64,000 nt of DNA from Chthoniobacterales bacterium. GTDB lineage: Bacteria > Verrucomicrobiota > Verrucomicrobiia > Chthoniobacterales > UBA10450. The DNA lies in the NCBI GenBank assembly GCA_038237805.1, contig JBBRYI010000003.1, positions 183,594-247,593 of the forward strand, read 5' to 3'. The notes beneath the pieces were generated by a model, which was not told the DNA's origin, ran no database searches, and was given only the letters and a program-made list of their open reading frames with translations. This document shows, piece after piece, positions 31,039 through 39,829 of this stretch. The position numbers were made by a program, and so were the translations under genes. Each line of letters opens with the position of its first letter. Within the stretch, counting starts at the first letter, position 1.

Positions 31039-31737
31039 TCACGTCGAAGGAGCGACGTTGCCAGTCTCCGGGCGACGCAATTTCGGAACTAGCTCGGATA
31101 TAAATTTCTCAATCATCGCGGCGGTCTCGGCTTCCGAACGCCCGTGGCTAGTCAGTCCTTCTGTGACTGTTGCCGCCACCGTAACGTAAGCCCAACGTTG
31201 ATTGTACCCGTGCAGAATTCGATCGCGTAGATCGAGTACGGTGCGAGTAAAATGAGATGCGGTGACGTCGCTGTATCCGACAAACCAATAGTAAGTTAAA
31301 TTTCGGATTGCGATTCGCCGGCTCTGGGCCTCGACCATGCGCACATTGGAAAGGCGAGTAGTAGCAAGCGAACGCGCGTCGCCGATTGGAACCGTTTGCG
31401 CGGAAGAATCCTGTAAGGTCCAGCCTTGCGCAGGAAGACAACGCTCCGGCCGGTGAATGCTGCTCGTCATGTCTTCGCCGGAAAGAACGATGGAAACAAA
31501 TATCTTATCGCCGGCTGGACTGGTGTAGGTTTTGCGCGCGAACCCAGTGTCTTTGGCCAGCACTTCCAATTCGCGAGGTGTTATCTGGCTATCTTCTCCC
31601 AGCCAATCCCCCACCCAGATGGGCAGGGTGAGTGCAATTCCGACCGGACTGGTCGCGGGCGCTTTGGGCAAGAAAAACATCGAGCTCAATCCGAAGATGA
31701 GAACCAGCTCGACGACAAAGAGACGCTTCGAAATCAT
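31039..31737 (-). CDS. Exosortase-associated EpsI-family protein
   Basis: Trimmed to MISKRLFVVELVLIFG (31735-31737). Has an N-terminal TM segment, IHRPERCLPAQGW and YYWFVG, as I recall for EpsI. ATGA overlap with the exosortase stop. Confidence 0.7.
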   Translation of the reverse strand: MISKRLFVVELVLIFGLSSMFFLPKAPATSPVGIALTLPIWVGDWLGEDSQITPRELEVLAKDTGFARKTYTSPAGDKIFVSIVLSGEDMTSSIHRPERCLPAQGWTLQDSSAQTVPIGDARSLATTRLSNVRMVEAQSRRIAIRNLTYYWFVGYSDVTASHFTRTVLDLRDRILHGYNQRWAYVTVAATVTEGLTSHGRSEAETAAMIEKFISELVPKLRRPETGNVAPST

Positions 31738-32696
31738 ACGAAACTTTCCTTTGCCGCGGTCACCGGTTTTGCATTCTTTGATCCGACATTCAGTAATTTC
31801 CCAAACAAAACCATGGCTGCGATGGCGAAGGGGAATGACAGATAACCCGAAATCCAATGGTAAGGGCCGCCCGCGAGGTCCTGGCCGAAAAAGCGCGCCA
31901 TCACCATGATCGAGACAAGCCGTCCGGTATTTCCGATGATCGCGAAAACAATGGCGGCGGCGAAGATCGCCACCTTCTTCCAAAGCCGATCTTGTGTGAA
32001 GTGACCGTAAATGGCCGAAAGCATCGCGATCGCCATGAGCGACCGGATTCCGCTGCAACCTTCGTCGATGGTGAAGTGAAACGCATCATTAGCAGCGCTA
32101 ATGGTTGTGCCTATTTTATAGACGCCGATCCCTAAAAGATTGCAGATGGTGCTGGCGGCGGCGGTCTCGACGAATTGGAGTTTCATCGTCGCCTGCGTGA
32201 GAAAATTCAACGGCACCATGAACAAAAGAAACGCGATCGGGAAAAGGAGAATGCGCGCGATGTCTTTGCCGCAGACATAGAGGACGATTCCGAAAAGCAG
32301 GAACGGCAACGCTGTGAGTGCCAGCCGACCCTGCAAAGTGCGGGCGCCGGCAATGAAAAGCAGCACCCCAATGCCGACAAAAAACCAACCCCAGCGCGAC
32401 GAACTGATAGGGGCTGCCCGCAATTTGTCCCGCGTATACCAAATGATAAACGCCGCGATGAATGGAATGAGCTTGGCGTGTTCGTAGTTGGTTTCCGGGT
32501 TCCACGCCTGCCATGCCCAGGTGAATGTGGAAAGATGACCGTTAAGGAAAATTTTTACGAAACCGAAGAAGTAGGCAAAAATTCCCACGAGAATCGCGCC
32601 GGCAACGATAGTCGTAGCGTCCCACATCTCCGGGGGAACCGAAGCGGGAGACGCATCAGCTTCGCTTCTCTCGGGGGGCCGGGATATGGAACTCAT
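31734..32696 (-). CDS. Exosortase (Xrt family) transpeptidase
   Basis: Polytopic protein with IDEGCSGIRS (catalytic Cys), IIGNTGRLV (Arg) and a downstream His. Paired with EpsI. Confidence 0.85.
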   Translation of the reverse strand: MSSISRPPERSEADASPASVPPEMWDATTIVAGAILVGIFAYFFGFVKIFLNGHLSTFTWAWQAWNPETNYEHAKLIPFIAAFIIWYTRDKLRAAPISSSRWGWFFVGIGVLLFIAGARTLQGRLALTALPFLLFGIVLYVCGKDIARILLFPIAFLLFMVPLNFLTQATMKLQFVETAAASTICNLLGIGVYKIGTTISAANDAFHFTIDEGCSGIRSLMAIAMLSAIYGHFTQDRLWKKVAIFAAAIVFAIIGNTGRLVSIMVMARFFGQDLAGGPYHWISGYLSFPFAIAAMVLFGKLLNVGSKNAKPVTAAKESFV

Positions 32697-32780
32697 TGAT
32701 GGGGCGCGAGTTTAGAACATTCTTGCAGCATCTGCAATGCGCGATCCATTCTCTCGCGCAGCTCTCTACCGTCTACCCAC

Positions 32781-33512
32781 TTGAAAACTTTTGACATCCT
32801 AGGCACGCCGTTAAGGCAAACAAGCTATGAGGCTTTTACGAGCTATTGCCACGACCTCATCACCAAAGGCGGAACTTGGGCGGTGGATCTGACCAACACC
32901 CAAGTGGTCACGATGCGCCGGCACGATCCGCATTTCCGCGAGATTACGAGCCGGTTTGATTTTTTTCTTCCTGATGGGATGCCACTGATCTGGTGCTTGA
33001 ATGCTCGGGGCGCGCGACTTTCCGATCGCGTCTACGGACCAACCTTCATGCGCCACTGTATCAGCGCGAGCCCAGCTCCGTTTACGCATTACTTGTTAGG
33101 TGGTTCCCGCGATTGCCTGGAGAAATTGCGCGCCCGGCTCATGAAACACCAACCGCTATTGAAGATTGTGGGTTCACACCACGGTTATTTTCGCACCGAA
33201 GAGGAAGACGAAATTGTCGCAGAAATCAACCACCTCTCGCCGGATTTCATCTGGATCGGACTCGGAACGCCGAAGCAACAGGATTGGATCCATCGACGCA
33301 AGGGTGAGATAGAACGCGGAATTCTTTTGGCGGTCGGTTTTGCTTTTGATGTCAACGCTGGAAGCAAAAAGGACGCCCCGGACTGGATGCAGCGGTTGGG
33401 GCTTACGTGGTTATTCCGGATTATCCGCGAGCCGCGTCGCTTGTTGCGTCGCTACCTTAAATACAACACGCTTTTCCTTTATTACCTGGTTAGGGAAAAG
33501 TTACGGATGTAG
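32781..33512 (+). CDS. WecB/TagA/CpsF-family (GT26) glycosyltransferase
   Basis: Contains FLPDGMPLIW and IWIGLGTPKQQDWI motifs. TTG start. Confidence 0.85.
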   Translation: MKTFDILGTPLRQTSYEAFTSYCHDLITKGGTWAVDLTNTQVVTMRRHDPHFREITSRFDFFLPDGMPLIWCLNARGARLSDRVYGPTFMRHCISASPAPFTHYLLGGSRDCLEKLRARLMKHQPLLKIVGSHHGYFRTEEEDEIVAEINHLSPDFIWIGLGTPKQQDWIHRRKGEIERGILLAVGFAFDVNAGSKKDAPDWMQRLGLTWLFRIIREPRRLLRRYLKYNTLFLYYLVREKLRM

Positions 33513-33543
33513 AGGCGTGTGTCGGGCACCAGTTGGTTTGGTT

Positions 33544-33569
33544 CTGCCGCTGGTGACAGCGGCAGCTAC
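33544..33569. repeat. REP-like hairpin + CTAC (copy A, next to the displaced mutL end)
   Basis: The sequence ctgccgctg-gtga-cagcggcag-ctac forms a 9-bp perfect stem. It is duplicated at 34484-34509. Confidence 0.55.
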
Positions 33570-33589
33570 AACAGCAGCGACAAAGCGCG

Positions 33590-33697
33590 CTAGACTTTTC
33601 GCCCAAATTTTTTCTCCAATTCGCCTAACGAGATTTGGATCATGGTCGGACGGCCGTGCGGACAGCAGTAGGGCAGGTCGCAACTAAGGAGATCGCG
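33590..33697 (-). pseudogene. Displaced copy of the last 35 codons of mutL
   Basis: The minus strand reads RDLLSCDLPYCCPHGRPTMIQISLGELEKKFGRKV*. The genuine MutL C-terminus is HDLLRCDLPYCCPHGRPTMIQISLGELEKKFGRKV*. There is no MutL body upstream of it. Confidence 0.75.
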
Positions 33698-34226
33698 ACA
33701 CGTTCTCGCGATCTTTGCGTTCAGGCTCCTTTTTCTTTGGCGGCGCAAGATGTTCCAAATCGTCCAGGTCTTTGGCGCGGCTGGTCGCCCGTTTATTACG
33801 GCGCAGCGGACCAATCCCAATATAATACAGTCGAAGTGAACCGGAACGGGTTTTCAAGCGCACAGGGACACGGGAGTTCCAAGCGGAGCTAAAGGAAACG
33901 CCATCGATCCGGCTGTGAAGATCGATCCGGTTGGGAGGCCGACCGAATTGAATGATTACGCCAGGATCCAGCAGTTCGTTCGCCGTTTTTATTCCGGGGA
34001 CGTCATTGTCCCAAAACACTTCGAGCGCTTTGAAAAGGCGCGCGGCATTCCTGGGTCTACACTGGTAAAAGAAATCAATGTCCCCGGTCAGTCGCGGATA
34101 CCCGTGAAAGATGACGGCTTCGCCTCCGACAACGAGGTAACGAATCTTGAATCGGCTAAGGAGCCGGATAAACTCGACGACATCCGCCGAAAAAAACGCG
34201 GGCGCACTTATGACTTGCGGTGCCAT
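33684..34226 (-). CDS. Pol-beta-superfamily nucleotidyltransferase-fold protein (180 aa)
   Basis: VVGGEAVIFHGYPRLTGDIDFF fits the hG[GS]x9-13Dh[DE]h minimal NTase signature. I did not recognise the exact family. Confidence 0.55.
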   Translation of the reverse strand: MAPQVISAPAFFSADVVEFIRLLSRFKIRYLVVGGEAVIFHGYPRLTGDIDFFYQCRPRNAARLFKALEVFWDNDVPGIKTANELLDPGVIIQFGRPPNRIDLHSRIDGVSFSSAWNSRVPVRLKTRSGSLRLYYIGIGPLRRNKRATSRAKDLDDLEHLAPPKKKEPERKDRENVSRSP

Positions 34227-34378
34227 GCCCGAACGTCAGGCTGCGGCATCGGATAGGCGCGGCGTTTCAGGCTATGTGCGATCTGCACCCGCTGCGTCGG
34301 AGTCATCTTTCGATACTGGCCTAGCTCCCAGGCTTTTGCTTCCTGAGCGCTACGACTTTTGTGCGCAATCCTTTCCAT
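34208..34378 (-). CDS. Small ORF (56 aa) upstream of and overlapping the NTase gene
   Basis: MERIAHKSRSAQEAKAWELGQYRKMTPTQRVQIAHSLKRRAY... It overlaps the NTase start by 19 nt. I extracted it from the longer ORF 34208..34681, whose upstream part lies in mutL. Confidence 0.3.
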   Translation of the reverse strand: MERIAHKSRSAQEAKAWELGQYRKMTPTQRVQIAHSLKRRAYPMPQPDVRAWHRKS

Positions 34379-34483
34379 CGAGAGGTATCTTATCGCGTTT
34401 CGGCACTCAAGGCGAGGAAGAACAGTTGCGTGTTTCCTCACGCACAACTTGTAAAGGCGGGTGTGCCGCCCGCTTATTGAATT

Positions 34484-34509
34484 CTGCCGCTGACGACAGC
34501 GGCAGCTAC
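34484..34509. repeat. REP-like hairpin + CTAC (copy B, directly downstream of the mutL stop)
   Basis: The sequence is ctgccgctg-acga-cagcggcag-ctac. It may serve as the mutL terminator. Confidence 0.55.
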
Positions 34510-34512
34510 AGC

Positions 34513-36333
34513 TCACACTTTTCGTCCGAATTTTTTCTCCAATTCGCCTAACGAGATTTGAATCATTGTCGGACGGCCGTGCGGACAGCAGTAGGGCAAG
34601 TCGCAGCGGAGAAGATCGTGGATCAGTTTTTCGATTTCGAGATTGCGCAAGACGTCGTTTGCCTTCACGGCATGACGACAAACGGTTTTGGCGATCATGT
34701 CTTCGCCGAGACGCAGCGCCGAACTGCTATTGCTCGCGGTCTTCAGACCGTCGATGACTTCGCGCATGAAATGAATGGGATTCGATGTGTTCAAGAAAGT
34801 CGGGAGACTGTCGATCTTGAACGTGTTTGCGCCGAAAAATTCGATCCCGATTCCCATTTTTTGCAGCGTCGGAATGTTGCGATCGACCCATTCGGCATCG
34901 CGCGGCGCCAGATCGAAAGTGAGCGGAAGCAACAGGCGCTGCGAAGGAACACCCTGCTCTTCCATGCGATGACGAAGTTCCTCAAAAAGGATTCGCTCGT
35001 GTGCAGCGTGTTGATCGACCAGGACGAGCCCGTCCTCGTTCTCCATCAGAACGTAAAGTTTGTTGAGCACGCCAATGATCTGAAATTGTTGGGCGCGCGG
35101 CGGAGTCGGACCTGTGCCGTCATTCTCGCGTTGCACCATGCGCGCAGCCAAGCCCGGTTCTTCACGTTCAATCGGGAGCATCGGCATCGTCGGGAGCGTC
35201 GATTCAGGCTGGTGAAGCGCAGGCCCGGACGGAAACTCAGAGGTGGATACGAATGTAGAATTGGCGGCCGGTTCTGCATCGCCGGGATCAATGACACCAG
35301 TTGCGGCGGGAGCGTCGAATTGTTTCTGCCAGGTCTGTCTTCCCGCCTCCAATGTATTGCGAACTGTTTCCACGACTGCTTCACGCACGCCGGCCGGATC
35401 GCGGAAACGGACTTCGCGTTTCGCGGGATGCACGTTGACGTCAACAGCAGCGGGATCGAGCTCGAGAAAAAGAAAAGTTACTGGAAATTGTCCTCTCATC
35501 AGCGCCGTGTGATAGCCCTCGCGCAAAGCAGCGTTGAGCACCGGGCTTTCGACGGCGCGGCCATTTACAAATGTAATCTGTTGTGACCGGTTTTGTCGGC
35601 TCACGCCGGCCTGGCCGATAAATCCACGGAGCTTGAGCTTCGCATTCTCGTTAGGGGGTTGGATTTCAAGCAATCGATCGAGTAACTCAGCGCCATGCAA
35701 ATCGCGAATGCGATCGCGCAAAGAATTCGTGGCCGGAAGCTGAAAGATGACGCGCTCATCGCGCACAAAGGCGAAGGCGATTTCCGGCCGGCCTGTCGCT
35801 TGCAGGTGAAGTTGATGCTCGACGTTGCGACTCTCGGTGTTTTCCGAACGCAGGAATTTTCGACGCGCAGGAAGATTGTAGAACAGAGAACGCACCTCGA
35901 CCTGCGTGCCGGGCGCCTCTCCGCCTTCTCGCACGGTTTCAATCTTTCCGCCGGCAACGAGAATTTCGGCGCCTGCGACAGCGGAGTGTTCGCGAGTCGT
36001 TAGGCGAAAACGCGAAACGCTCGCAATGCTCGGGAGCGCCTCGCCGCGAAAGCCAAGCGTGCCAATTGCAGCGAGATCATTTGACGTTCGGATCTTGCTC
36101 GTCGCGTGCCGCTCCAACGACAGAAGCGCATCGTCGCGGTCCATGCCGCAACCGTCATCGATCACGCGAATGAGCGAAATGCCGCCGCGTTGAATCATGA
36201 CTTCGACGCTGCTTGCACCAGCGTCGATGCTGTTTTCGACAAGCTCCTTCACCACTGACGCCGGTCGCTCGACGACTTCTCCAGCCGCAACCTGGTTAGC
36301 GACGATCTCGGGAAGAAGTTGGATGCGGCTCAT
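34513..36333 (-). CDS. mutL: DNA mismatch repair protein MutL
   Basis: Contains MSRIQLLPEIVANQVAAGEVVERPASVVKELVENSIDAG (GHKL ATPase) and a C-terminal CPHGRPT motif. Confidence 0.95.
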   Translation of the reverse strand: MSRIQLLPEIVANQVAAGEVVERPASVVKELVENSIDAGASSVEVMIQRGGISLIRVIDDGCGMDRDDALLSLERHATSKIRTSNDLAAIGTLGFRGEALPSIASVSRFRLTTREHSAVAGAEILVAGGKIETVREGGEAPGTQVEVRSLFYNLPARRKFLRSENTESRNVEHQLHLQATGRPEIAFAFVRDERVIFQLPATNSLRDRIRDLHGAELLDRLLEIQPPNENAKLKLRGFIGQAGVSRQNRSQQITFVNGRAVESPVLNAALREGYHTALMRGQFPVTFLFLELDPAAVDVNVHPAKREVRFRDPAGVREAVVETVRNTLEAGRQTWQKQFDAPAATGVIDPGDAEPAANSTFVSTSEFPSGPALHQPESTLPTMPMLPIEREEPGLAARMVQRENDGTGPTPPRAQQFQIIGVLNKLYVLMENEDGLVLVDQHAAHERILFEELRHRMEEQGVPSQRLLLPLTFDLAPRDAEWVDRNIPTLQKMGIGIEFFGANTFKIDSLPTFLNTSNPIHFMREVIDGLKTASNSSSALRLGEDMIAKTVCRHAVKANDVLRNLEIEKLIHDLLRCDLPYCCPHGRPTMIQISLGELEKKFGRKV

Positions 36334-36497
36334 GCAATTGAAGATTTTAGATTTCCAATTGCCAATTGCGAAAGAAATTAGCGCGCTCGATGGAAAGAAA
36401 TGCTTTTGTGTTCATACACGAACTCATGGCCGTGCAGAAGCGCGTCCGTCCGGCGTCCATTGACTTAGCGAGTCCGCGCGATAATTTTCATACTGCG

Positions 36498-36830
36498 ATG
36501 ATCGAAATCACAGAAAACGCCGTTCGCCATCTTCGTTCGCTGCTGCAGAGTCAGGATGCAGGCGATAAAGGTCTGCGCGTGCAGATCGCGAAAGGCGGTT
36601 GCTCCGGCCTGCAATACGAAATGTTGCTCGATGAAAAGAGAAGTGGCGACGCTGTGGTCGAGCGCGACGGTGTCGAGTTTTTTGTCGATGCCGAGAGCGC
36701 GTCCATGCTGAAAGGCTCGACCTTGGATTATCATGATGGCTTAACTGGAACCGGTTTTCGTGTAGTGAACCCGAACGCGACTCGTACCTGCGGCTGCGGG
36801 ACCTCTTTCGAAGCCGCGCGCTCCGCTTAG
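36498..36830 (+). CDS. Iron-sulfur cluster insertion/assembly protein (HesB/IscA/ErpA family)
   Basis: Contains GLRVQIAKGGCSGLQYEM and C-terminal CGCGTSF. Start trimmed to MIEITEN (36498). Confidence 0.85.
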   Translation: MIEITENAVRHLRSLLQSQDAGDKGLRVQIAKGGCSGLQYEMLLDEKRSGDAVVERDGVEFFVDAESASMLKGSTLDYHDGLTGTGFRVVNPNATRTCGCGTSFEAARSA

Positions 36831-36857
36831 AACCGGCCGCAAGGCAACGGCGCTAAG

Positions 36858-38444
36858 ATGGACCGCGACCTTTTTCGTTTCGACGAGCGTTATTATCGTC
36901 CGCGTCGCAAAACGAATTATTTCGGGTGGGCGATCACGCTTCTTCTGCTCGTGGGATTCGCGTTCGCGGCGTGGCTGGGAAGTTTCTATATCTTTGGACA
37001 ACCGGAAAGACCGGACAGCTATCGCATTCTAAAAAAGTTGCACAAAATCGATCCGCCGCGCCGGTTCGAGCTCACGGCTGCGCCGAAAGGAGAATTTCTG
37101 AGCGCGAGACAAATTTTCGAACGCTACAGCAATATGCGTCCGGCAGAGTTACAGCGCGCCAATGCCGAACTCTCGCGTAATTACATTCGGAATTTTCAAC
37201 GGGTCCGCGGTCTGGTCCCGTACGTGGTCGGTCGCTATGACATTATGGAAGCGCGCGAGCTGGGGCCGAACGACATTTTTCCGAGCGGAATGGTTGCGCT
37301 CACGCGCGCGGTCGAGCGCGGCGAGCTGCTCATGGAACATCTCTATCCCGGCGACCACAATGATGTGCCGTTGATGCAGAAGACGCTCGTGGTCGGACTC
37401 GAAATCAAGCTCGAACGAACTCACGATCTGTCCGCGATCATCCATGCGGAGCGATTGACGGACGGCCGTTTGCTCATCACAACTGTTCCGCTGCTTTACG
37501 GGACTTATACGGTGACGCGCGGCACGGAAACTTTCAGCCTCGAACCGCCTAACGACTTAAATTTCGCAGCCGGCTGGCCGCTGTTCAAAGATCCGCAGCG
37601 ACGCAAAGCTGAAATTCATTACACGACGCATCTTGCCGGTGCGCCACCTTCGGCGGGCGGCACCGTCCCCATTGCCGGCATTGCTACCAGTGCAAACACA
37701 TCTTCTGCGAATGAATTGGTGCGCGTGGAGCCCGCTTTGCCACCGGAGGGCGGCAAAGTCGCCGCAGCGTCTCCGCCGCCGAAAATTGAGACTCCTTCTG
37801 CGACTCCCAAGAGTAAAGAGGTGGCGAAAGTCCAGCAGCCGACTCCAATTCCTTCCGCAACCGCGGTTGTCATGGCCAAGGTCGCAACGCCAGCCGCTAC
37901 ATTCGCGCCAACTGCAACTCCACTAGCAGTCGCAAAATTAGCAGCGACACCGAAGCCTCTTGCTTCCGCTACGCCATCGGTCGCGGTGGCGCGCGCGACC
38001 GCAACACCGAGAACAGTTTTGCCCGCGTTGCCCGTGACCGAAGCGGATGAGAACGCCTTGGCTTCAACCGCAGGTGGCGGCAGCTGGAGAACTTTTGAGC
38101 CGGGACGTATGCCGGCGGGACGACTGGTCGGCGTTTCCGATTTGAATGAAGTGGCCGATCGCGGAACAGCGGGTGAACGTTATTATTTGAAGGGCCAGTT
38201 CGTGGTGAATTTCGCCGAGGCAAATCGTGCCGTGCTCCGCCCTCGTTCGAAGTTGCCCACTAAAGTTTTCAACCTCGCCAACCAATCCACTCGCATCATC
38301 GTCGAGTTTCCCGCCGGCTACCCCACTCCAACGCAAGGATCGACCGTGAGTCGCGACGAAACGCGACCTTACGAAATCACCGAAGTCCGAAAAGATTCCG
38401 AGGGACAACTTAACGTTTTTGTTCGCGAGATTATTCAGCCGTAG
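36858..38444 (+). CDS. Hypothetical membrane-anchored protein with an Ala/Pro/Thr-rich linker
   Basis: One N-terminal TM segment (WAITLLLLVGFAFAAWLGSFYIF) and a low-complexity region at about residues 260-400. Confidence 0.55.
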   Translation: MDRDLFRFDERYYRPRRKTNYFGWAITLLLLVGFAFAAWLGSFYIFGQPERPDSYRILKKLHKIDPPRRFELTAAPKGEFLSARQIFERYSNMRPAELQRANAELSRNYIRNFQRVRGLVPYVVGRYDIMEARELGPNDIFPSGMVALTRAVERGELLMEHLYPGDHNDVPLMQKTLVVGLEIKLERTHDLSAIIHAERLTDGRLLITTVPLLYGTYTVTRGTETFSLEPPNDLNFAAGWPLFKDPQRRKAEIHYTTHLAGAPPSAGGTVPIAGIATSANTSSANELVRVEPALPPEGGKVAAASPPPKIETPSATPKSKEVAKVQQPTPIPSATAVVMAKVATPAATFAPTATPLAVAKLAATPKPLASATPSVAVARATATPRTVLPALPVTEADENALASTAGGGSWRTFEPGRMPAGRLVGVSDLNEVADRGTAGERYYLKGQFVVNFAEANRAVLRPRSKLPTKVFNLANQSTRIIVEFPAGYPTPTQGSTVSRDETRPYEITEVRKDSEGQLNVFVREIIQP

Positions 38445-39161
38445 CTAGCGGGGGCGACCCGCTTCGAGCACGACGCTGTTTCCCACGATCTTGAACGTCG
38501 AGACGTCGTATTCACTGCGGTATTGACTGATGTAGGGATCGACCCAACCGCGAATCGAACGCGCGCCGAGCAACAGGTTCAACAATCGACTTGGGACTTG
38601 CACACCGCCCGGCGAGCGCGCAGAGATTTGGATCCCACCCACATCGCCGTTTTCAGCGGAGCGGACTTCGAAATCGGCATTGAGATAGCGTCCGGAGAAA
38701 CCGATTTTCTTCGAAACCGGAATGCTCACCGCAACGTGACCAACGCTATTCTCAATGGAGACAAACGCTTTTCCGCGCGAGCGCCGATTGGCCGAGATCA
38801 GTTGATTGATGTCGCCCGCGCTTAATTGGATCGTTGGCTTGGCCGGCGGTAGGTTTGGAGTTGTTGTTGTTTGGGGTGTCGGATTCTCTTCACTTGGCGA
38901 CGAGGCCTCGCGAAACTCGCTCACGCGATTTTGAAAATTGTCCCAGCGTTGTAAGACCGCCTGCTGCTGTTCCTCGGATGTTTCCACCTGCGGAATTTCA
39001 CGCGGCTCCTCCGACGTAAACGTGCGCAAACCGAAATACGCGCCGCAAGCCAGCGCCAGAACCAAGAAAATACAGAGAACGACAAGAATGAGGCAACCTT
39101 TACCCAGACAGCAACCCAGTCCGGGTTTCGGTTGAGGTGGTTGTTCAATTACGGTGGCCAT
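38445..39161 (-). CDS. Hypothetical membrane-anchored protein
   Basis: N-terminal Cys-rich TM segment GCCLGKGCLILVVLCIFLVLALACGAYF. Its stop abuts the stop of the convergent gene (TAGCTA). Confidence 0.5.
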   Translation of the reverse strand: MATVIEQPPQPKPGLGCCLGKGCLILVVLCIFLVLALACGAYFGLRTFTSEEPREIPQVETSEEQQQAVLQRWDNFQNRVSEFREASSPSEENPTPQTTTTPNLPPAKPTIQLSAGDINQLISANRRSRGKAFVSIENSVGHVAVSIPVSKKIGFSGRYLNADFEVRSAENGDVGGIQISARSPGGVQVPSRLLNLLLGARSIRGWVDPYISQYRSEYDVSTFKIVGNSVVLEAGRPR

Positions 39162-39164
39162 GAA

Positions 39165-39680
39165 TCAATGAACGGAGCCGAGATTGTTTTGTGCCGCCAC
39201 CAATTTGTCGTAGAGACCGCGCAAGGATTCCGAAAGCAAACGCGGCCCACTCAAAAGCGGCATAAAGTTTGTATCACCGTTCCAACGCGGCACGATGTGA
39301 ATGTGTAAATGATCCGGCACGCCTGCTCCTGCACATTCGCCGAGATTAATGCCAATGTTGAAGCCTTGCGCCTTCATTGCGGTGCGCAAAAGTTTTTGCG
39401 CATGTGTGACCAGTCCCCAAAGCTCGGTTACTTCGTTTTCGCCTAACAAGTCGAGTTCGGCAACTTTTTGGTAGGGCACGGCCATGAGATGGCCCACTGC
39501 ATACGGATAACGATTCATCATGAGGAAGGCGTTCTTTCGTCGTGTCACGACAAGATGTTCTGCATCGTCGTTCGCACGTGCCGCATCGGAGAGAAAATTA
39601 GGATTACGATCTTCCTTCTCGAAATATTCCACCCGCCATGGGCACCAGAGCGTTTCGAGTTCAGCTTTCGGAAAATCCAT
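39165..39680 (-). CDS. HIT-family (histidine triad) nucleotide hydrolase/transferase
   Basis: Contains the DHLHIHIVPRW histidine triad. Confidence 0.85.
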   Translation of the reverse strand: MDFPKAELETLWCPWRVEYFEKEDRNPNFLSDAARANDDAEHLVVTRRKNAFLMMNRYPYAVGHLMAVPYQKVAELDLLGENEVTELWGLVTHAQKLLRTAMKAQGFNIGINLGECAGAGVPDHLHIHIVPRWNGDTNFMPLLSGPRLLSESLRGLYDKLVAAQNNLGSVH

Positions 39681-39736
39681 TGCGGAGAAGTTGCGAAGGT
39701 AAAACCACCAATGCGAAAGTCGAGGGACGTTTTCCT

Positions 39737-39820
39737 ATTCGTTTCTGTAGCGGCGGTCTCTGACCGTCGCATTTGTTTCTTCTCGATCGATTTCTTGCGA
39801 CGGTCATAGACCGCCGCTAC
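39737..39820. repeat. Large inverted repeat: 25-bp arms beginning with GTAG, 34-nt loop
   Basis: Arm 1 (39737-39761) is gtagcggcggtctctgaccgtcgca. Arm 2 (39796-39820) is tgcgacggtcatagaccgccgctac. There is one mismatch. It lies 10 nt downstream of the GT39 stop. Confidence 0.6.
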
Positions 39821-39829
39821 GAAGGAATA

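Noticed and set aside
34208-34378. An Rx4H string (RVQIAH) in the 56-aa ORF, which could suggest a HEPN toxin partner for the nucleotidyltransferase (an MNT/HEPN pair).
   Set aside because: 56 aa is far too short for a HEPN domain, and the match is a single short pattern. I kept it only as a low-confidence small ORF.
34558-35586. 342-aa ORF on the plus strand, opposite mutL. Similar long antisense ORFs occur at 46120-46773 (opposite the Asp-box gene), 16108-16668 (opposite wzt), 32175-32699 (opposite the exosortase gene) and 31386-31909 (opposite EpsI).
   Set aside because: In each case the opposite strand encodes a protein with unmistakable family motifs. The antisense products are Arg/Ser-rich low-complexity sequences, typical of shadow ORFs in GC-rich coding DNA.
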